In this document: piece after piece, positions 59,322 through 64,000 of the stretch
How positions within the stretch are numbered: position 1 is the stretch's first letter
Layout of the letters: every line of letters begins with the position of its first letter
Source of the DNA: Candidatus Bathyarchaeota archaeon
Lineage (GTDB): Archaea > Thermoproteota > Bathyarchaeia > Bathyarchaeales > Bathycorpusculaceae
Length of the DNA stretch: 64,000 nt
Direction of reading: 5' to 3'
NCBI GenBank assembly: GCA_963777155.1
Contig: CAVZPM010000011.1
Coordinates: 1-64,000, forward strand
Program-made: the position numbers and the translations under genes
Notes under the pieces: generated by a model
Seen by the model: only the letters and a program-made list of their open reading frames with translations
Database searches by the model: none
What the model was told of the DNA's origin: nothing

Positions 59322-60032
59322 ATGACCAATGTCCTAGAACAAATTAGAGCTGACCTAAAAGCTGCCACTGACCTAAAAACACAGCAGAGTTTTCAGCGTT
59401 TCTTCAAAGAACAAGTAAAATACTACGGCGTCAAGACAGAAACTGTTGGCAAAATCGCTAAGAAATATTGGCCTCAGGTAAAAGATTTGAGTAAACAGAA
59501 GCTTTTTGGGTTATGCGAGGAGCTTTATGGTTCCGATTACACCGAGGAAGCGTTCATTGTGTCATTCTGGCTCCCAAACTACATCGATCACCTTGAACCA
59601 AATGATTTATCGACGTTCAAGCGTTGGATTGAATGTTACATCAACAACTGGGCTAAATGCGACGGGTTCTGCAACCACACCATCGGCGACCTCATCCAAA
59701 AATATCCCCAAGCTATTGGCGAAATAAAGAGTTGGGCTAAAAGCAAAAACCGCTGGCTCAAACGTGCCTCCGCCGTATCGCTCATCGTTCCTGCAAAAAA
59801 AGGCTTGTTTCTGAAGGATGCCCTTGAAATCTGCGATACCTTGCTGGTAGATGGCGACGATATGGTGCAGAAGGGTTATGGATGGCTGCTCAAGGAGGAA
59901 AGCAGGAAGCATCAGAAAGAAATCTTCGACTATGTGGTTCGTAACCGAATGGTTATGCCGCGAACAGCCTTGCGGTATGCTATTGAGTTAATGCCTAAAG
60001 AGCTTAAAGCAGAAGCCATGAAAAAAGACTAA
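59322..60032 (+). CDS. AlkD-like DNA alkylation repair protein
   Basis: NWAKCD, RWLKR, MVQKGYGWLLKE, MPRTALRYAIE. Confidence 0.88.
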   Translation: MTNVLEQIRADLKAATDLKTQQSFQRFFKEQVKYYGVKTETVGKIAKKYWPQVKDLSKQKLFGLCEELYGSDYTEEAFIVSFWLPNYIDHLEPNDLSTFKRWIECYINNWAKCDGFCNHTIGDLIQKYPQAIGEIKSWAKSKNRWLKRASAVSLIVPAKKGLFLKDALEICDTLLVDGDDMVQKGYGWLLKEESRKHQKEIFDYVVRNRMVMPRTALRYAIELMPKELKAEAMKKD

Positions 60033-60149
60033 CAGTCAAACATCGTTCAAGTAAACCTTAACTTAGGCATATTCTCCACGAATATCAATTTTAAATATAA
60101 TCAGCAATTACAATTATCTTAAAGCAAAACTGTTCTGTGAGGTTAAGCG

Positions 60150-60704
60150 ATGAAGGTTGAACTTGGAGCAAAAAACTGTCTGTACCCTCTTCCCACCATA
60201 TTAGTTGGTGCCTTAGTAAACGACAAACCCAACTACATCACCATAGCCCACGTTGGCATAGCTGAACCCGCCGCTGTATCGTTAGGCATGAACAAAATCC
60301 ATTACACCAACCAAGGCATAAAAACCAACAAAACCTTCAGCATCAACATACCTTCAACTGCGATGGTTAAAGAAACCGATTACTGCGGCTTGGTCTCCGG
60401 CAAAGACGAAAACAAATCAGACATGTTTAAAACGTTTTATGGACAACTAAAAACAGCCCCCATGATTGAAGAATGCAGCATAAACATGGAATGTGAACTA
60501 ATCCAAACCGTTGATTTCCCAAACCACGACCTGTTCATCGGCAAAGTCGTTGCCACCCACTGCGACGAAGCTGTTCTCACCAACGGCGTTGTAGATTTAG
60601 GGAAGGTGCAGCCGATTCTGTTTGCGATGAATGATCGCAGCTACTGGAGCATCGGCAAGAAATTGGCGAAGGCTTGGAGCGTAGGTAAAGAGTATAAAAA
60701 ATAG
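60150..60704 (+). CDS. flavin reductase family protein (flavoredoxin-like)
   Basis: FSINIP, DYCGLVSG, APMIEEC, HDLFIG. Confidence 0.88.
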   Translation: MKVELGAKNCLYPLPTILVGALVNDKPNYITIAHVGIAEPAAVSLGMNKIHYTNQGIKTNKTFSINIPSTAMVKETDYCGLVSGKDENKSDMFKTFYGQLKTAPMIEECSINMECELIQTVDFPNHDLFIGKVVATHCDEAVLTNGVVDLGKVQPILFAMNDRSYWSIGKKLAKAWSVGKEYKK

Positions 60705-60771
60705 TCGCCGCCACTTTTTTCTATTAATGAATTCAAAAACTGCTCTTTCCTCAACCCTTACGTCTGTACAG

Positions 60772-61777
60772 CTAACGTTGTTTGTTGCCGACTCTGAGTT
60801 TTTCAACTTCTGTTCTTGCAGGCGGCGAAACCGTGACAGATTTGTCTAATTGAACTTTGCCATAATTCACCGTGACTTCGCCGTTTTTGGCATCTGAATA
60901 GGACTGCCGTCAATTCAGCAGCCGTCTTAATTGCTCCTTTGGTTTTTGGACCCTGCAAAAGGGTGACTGGACCCACAACCTTGGCTAACTCAAAGCAGAA
61001 GTCACTCGGCAACTTGTTGGCGCTTAAAAACTTGTTTTCTGCTTCGTTTCTGCCGACTATAAACTTGTTCTTACCCATGCGGAAATGTCTACCGACCCGC
61101 AGCAACGCCACATCCGCCATGGAAATCCTTTTCTTGTTTTCGAAGAGGTCGCGGAGTTTTTTAGCGTATTCTTCACATGTCAAAAGGCAACCGCCAGCAG
61201 GAGAAGGATACGTGGTGATACCGTATTCTTTAGCTAATTCAAACTGAGGCTTACGAGACCTACCCTGAATACTCAACAGTCTACTTCTATCAACCAACCC
61301 CTTCTTTTCTGCAACCGTTTCAGCCAACAACTTTGCCGACAACGGACGCAAAAGCTTCCCCTTCAACCCGGCTTCTACTGCAATGGTCTTTAATGCAGGG
61401 CCATGTTGAGACATAGGGCGTTCACCTAAAACTTCGCCAGTGAAGAGAAATTCTGCGCCGATTTCTTTCGCATATTTTTTTGCCTGTTTTAAGATGAAGA
61501 TTTTGCAGTCAACGCAGGGATTAAGGTTTTTGCCATAACCATGTTTAGGTTTGCGTAGCATCCGCAAATAATCATAATCGACAGCTACAATTTTTAGAGG
61601 CACTTTAAGTTGTTCGGCTGCTTGGGCGGCTTCACTTGTGCCGTCTTTTTTGGGGATGCCAAACGGAGTCTTCACGTTGAAAGCTATAACTTCGATGCCT
61701 TGTCTGCGGATTAGTTCTGTGGCAAGTATGCTGTCTAATCCACCTGATAGCAAACTGATGGCTTTAACGCGAGTCAT
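60772..61777 (-). CDS. PP-loop tRNA sulfurtransferase-like protein (ThiI/DUF814-like; frameshift near 60905)
   Basis: SGGLDS, NPCVDCK, TGEVLGERPMSQ, PAGGCLLT, GRHFR. Confidence 0.85.
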
Positions 61778-61895
61778 AACGGTGATATAGTTTGTCACGG
61801 CAAATAATAATTTACCTATTAACAACAGTCAAAAGGCCAGGAAAAAACATGGGATATGAATAATTTTATTTATTGCTTCGTCAACTTGGAAAGGC

Positions 61896-62765
61896 ATGAT
61901 TGGCGTAGCGTTGGCGATTCTTTCAGCGGTAACATCTGCCTTCTCGGTTGTCCTAGTTAGGAAATGCTCCAATCAATCAAGCTCCTTCAACATTAGCTTA
62001 GCCATCACTTGGGTTGGCATGCTGTTTCTTTGGCCCTTTGCATTGTTCCTGACTGATTTTTCTGCAGCAAACCTCCCAAGCATCCTTCTCTTTGCCCTAA
62101 GCGGAATCCTAACCCCCGGCTTTGTAAGGTTACTATACTATCAGGGCATGAATAAGCTTGGGGCAGCAGTAAACTCTTCATTCTTCTCAGCTTATCCCCT
62201 CTACACTTCTCTCTTAGCAGTGTTTTTCTTAAGTGAATTCTTGGCGCCAGGCAACTGGGCGGGTATCCTACTAGTGTTTTTCGGCGGGATTCTTGTGGAG
62301 TGGAGTACCCGCGGAGCCAGCCAAAACAAACATTCACGAAAAGACCACATCTATCCATTGCTAGGTGGCATAGTTTTGGGTGTCAGCAGCATACTTCGCA
62401 AGTCTGCCTTAAACCAGTTTGATGCCCCCCTTCTTGGAGTCGCCATTGCATACACTGTTTCTCTTCTACCCTTCCTTATAATGCTGGCATTTTCAGCGCA
62501 GACACGCAAAGAACTATCTTTGAAACGAGACACGCGTTTGTTCTGGGCCGCTGGAATCGGACAAGCAATAACTTGGCTGCTAAGTTTTTACGCTTTAACT
62601 TTCGAGGACGTGTCAATAATAACGCCACTTGTCTCGATAGAACCTGTGTTTGTGGCGATATTTGCTTTCTTATACCTTCGAAAGATAGAGAGCGTATCTT
62701 CCAAACTGATTGTAAGCATAATTCTAACTGTGCTCGGCGTAGTGCTAGTTACCTGGAAATTCTAG
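61896..62765 (+). CDS. DMT/EamA transporter
   Basis: two EamA repeats, about 10 TM helices. Confidence 0.85.
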   Translation: MIGVALAILSAVTSAFSVVLVRKCSNQSSSFNISLAITWVGMLFLWPFALFLTDFSAANLPSILLFALSGILTPGFVRLLYYQGMNKLGAAVNSSFFSAYPLYTSLLAVFFLSEFLAPGNWAGILLVFFGGILVEWSTRGASQNKHSRKDHIYPLLGGIVLGVSSILRKSALNQFDAPLLGVAIAYTVSLLPFLIMLAFSAQTRKELSLKRDTRLFWAAGIGQAITWLLSFYALTFEDVSIITPLVSIEPVFVAIFAFLYLRKIESVSSKLIVSIILTVLGVVLVTWKF

Positions 62766-62873
62766 CTTTCACCATGCCTAGAAGGCCTTTTTTGACTCGA
62801 CTGTAGAATAATTTAAAAAGCAATCTGTGAATATTTCCATTGGACTTTATAGAAATCTGCTTGAGGTTAAGAC

Positions 62874-63989
62874 GTGGACATCAGCATCTTCATCCCCGTT
62901 TACAAAGAATCCAACCAAATAGCAGGCGCTCTAAAAGAACTCGGCTCACAGAACGTTTCAAAGGAAATTTTTGTAACCGTAGATCAGCCAACCGAAGGCT
63001 TTCTTGAAACCTTAAAAGATCTTAAACAAGAGAATCCGGACGTAAAGTTTATCGTTAACAAGGAACGGATAGGAAAAGCAAACGCATGCAACCAAACTGT
63101 ACAACTCTCAACCGGCAAGATTCTGCTTTTCCTCGACTCAGACGTAGCAATTCCAAAAGACCCTGACTACATCCGAAAAATAATCATGGAAATGCAACAC
63201 ATCGACATATTAGACATCAAAAAGAGAGTCACCAAAGACAAATCCTTCCTGTCAAAAATGACGTATTACGAGTACCTAACCTTCAACATAAGCTCGTGGC
63301 TGGCGTCAAGGTACATGCATAAGTGTCCAGCTGTAAATGGAGCTGCCTTCGCGATTAAACGGGAAATGTTCGAGAAAGTCCATGGGTTCCGAACCGTTGT
63401 AGCTGAAGACATCGACCTTGCCACACGCGCTTTTCTGGAGGAAAGCAGCTTTGCCTACACGACTGACGTAGAAGTAAAAAATGAAGTCTACTCTGACTGG
63501 CATAAATGGTTCACTCAACGTCGAAGATGGGCAATTGGACAGGCTCTCTGGCTCAAAGATTGGTATAAACAGCTTGCCAGACGCTTCATCAAAAAACCGC
63601 AGGTATTCTTGCCTAGCATCTTTTTCCTCTACCCATCAGTTGTCGTATTTGTCTTAAGCGCGGTGATCCCAAGCATGTGGATGTACAATTCCTTCCTAGT
63701 TTTTTCATTGTTTCTCTCTGTAAAATTCAATATTGCCTTGCCCATTTTCCTGTTTTCGCTAGCCACAGCGGACTTGCTTAAAGTTTTAGTGATTTCGTTG
63801 AGTGGGTTTGCTATAACAGCGGGGATTTTCTATGGGTTTGGAAGAAAACTAGGCTTTAACCAAATAAAACTTCATGAACTATTCGTCTACTACTTCTTCT
63901 ATTCATCTATATGGTTCATAATCATTATTGTTGGGCACATCCAAGTGTTTGCTTTAGGCAAAAAAGCTGGACCAGGCTGGAAAACCTAA
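62874..63989 (+). CDS. GT2 family glycosyltransferase
   Basis: IPVYKE, GKA, LDSD, NGAA, AED, QRRRW. Confidence 0.88.
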   Translation: MDISIFIPVYKESNQIAGALKELGSQNVSKEIFVTVDQPTEGFLETLKDLKQENPDVKFIVNKERIGKANACNQTVQLSTGKILLFLDSDVAIPKDPDYIRKIIMEMQHIDILDIKKRVTKDKSFLSKMTYYEYLTFNISSWLASRYMHKCPAVNGAAFAIKREMFEKVHGFRTVVAEDIDLATRAFLEESSFAYTTDVEVKNEVYSDWHKWFTQRRRWAIGQALWLKDWYKQLARRFIKKPQVFLPSIFFLYPSVVVFVLSAVIPSMWMYNSFLVFSLFLSVKFNIALPIFLFSLATADLLKVLVISLSGFAITAGIFYGFGRKLGFNQIKLHELFVYYFFYSSIWFIIIIVGHIQVFALGKKAGPGWKT

Positions 63990-64000
63990 GGTACCTCCTT

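Noticed and set aside
14778-61777. Frameshifts in argF, dtdA, spt5, the permease, uvsE, cysS and the ThiI-like gene as programmed frameshifting or pseudogenes
   Set aside because: They include essential genes, are single-base indels with no shared slippery motif and are spread throughout the window; uncorrected sequencing error is the simplest explanation.
682-63518. Many 60-180 aa ORFs antisense to or overlapping recognised genes
   Set aside because: No motifs; explained as reverse-frame shadows of real coding sequences.

Overview
An archaeal chromosome segment, most likely Bathyarchaeia or a related TACK lineage. This is inferred from gene content: TBP, secE-spt5-rpl11-rpl1-rplP0, a Cren7-like protein, Lhr and Trm11. 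Housekeeping blocks alternate with accessory insertions. Many genes, including essential ones (spt5, cysS), carry single-base frameshifts that are probably assembly errors. Main signals: (1) Three dif/att-like sites in the ilvC upstream region form a left-hybrid / complete / right-hybrid series around two small tandem cassettes, with no integrase in the window. (2) The trm11 3' end occurs in three diverged copies that all begin at the same codon and delimit two tandem islands. One island carries an ABC exporter, an Mmp11/TiaS-like protein, a CPBP protease and a PEF-CTERM-like protein; the other is a light/UV set (heliorhodopsin, SOUL, UvsE, YbgA, RDH-like SDR). (3) An intact orphan HTH + large terminase module has no capsid or portal gene nearby. 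(4) A 34-bp G.U-rich hairpin after rplP0 hides a 19-codon hydrophobic ORF. (5) A candidate C/D-like guide RNA has two segments complementary to 16S rRNA. No tRNA, rRNA, CRISPR array, integrase or transposase was recognised.
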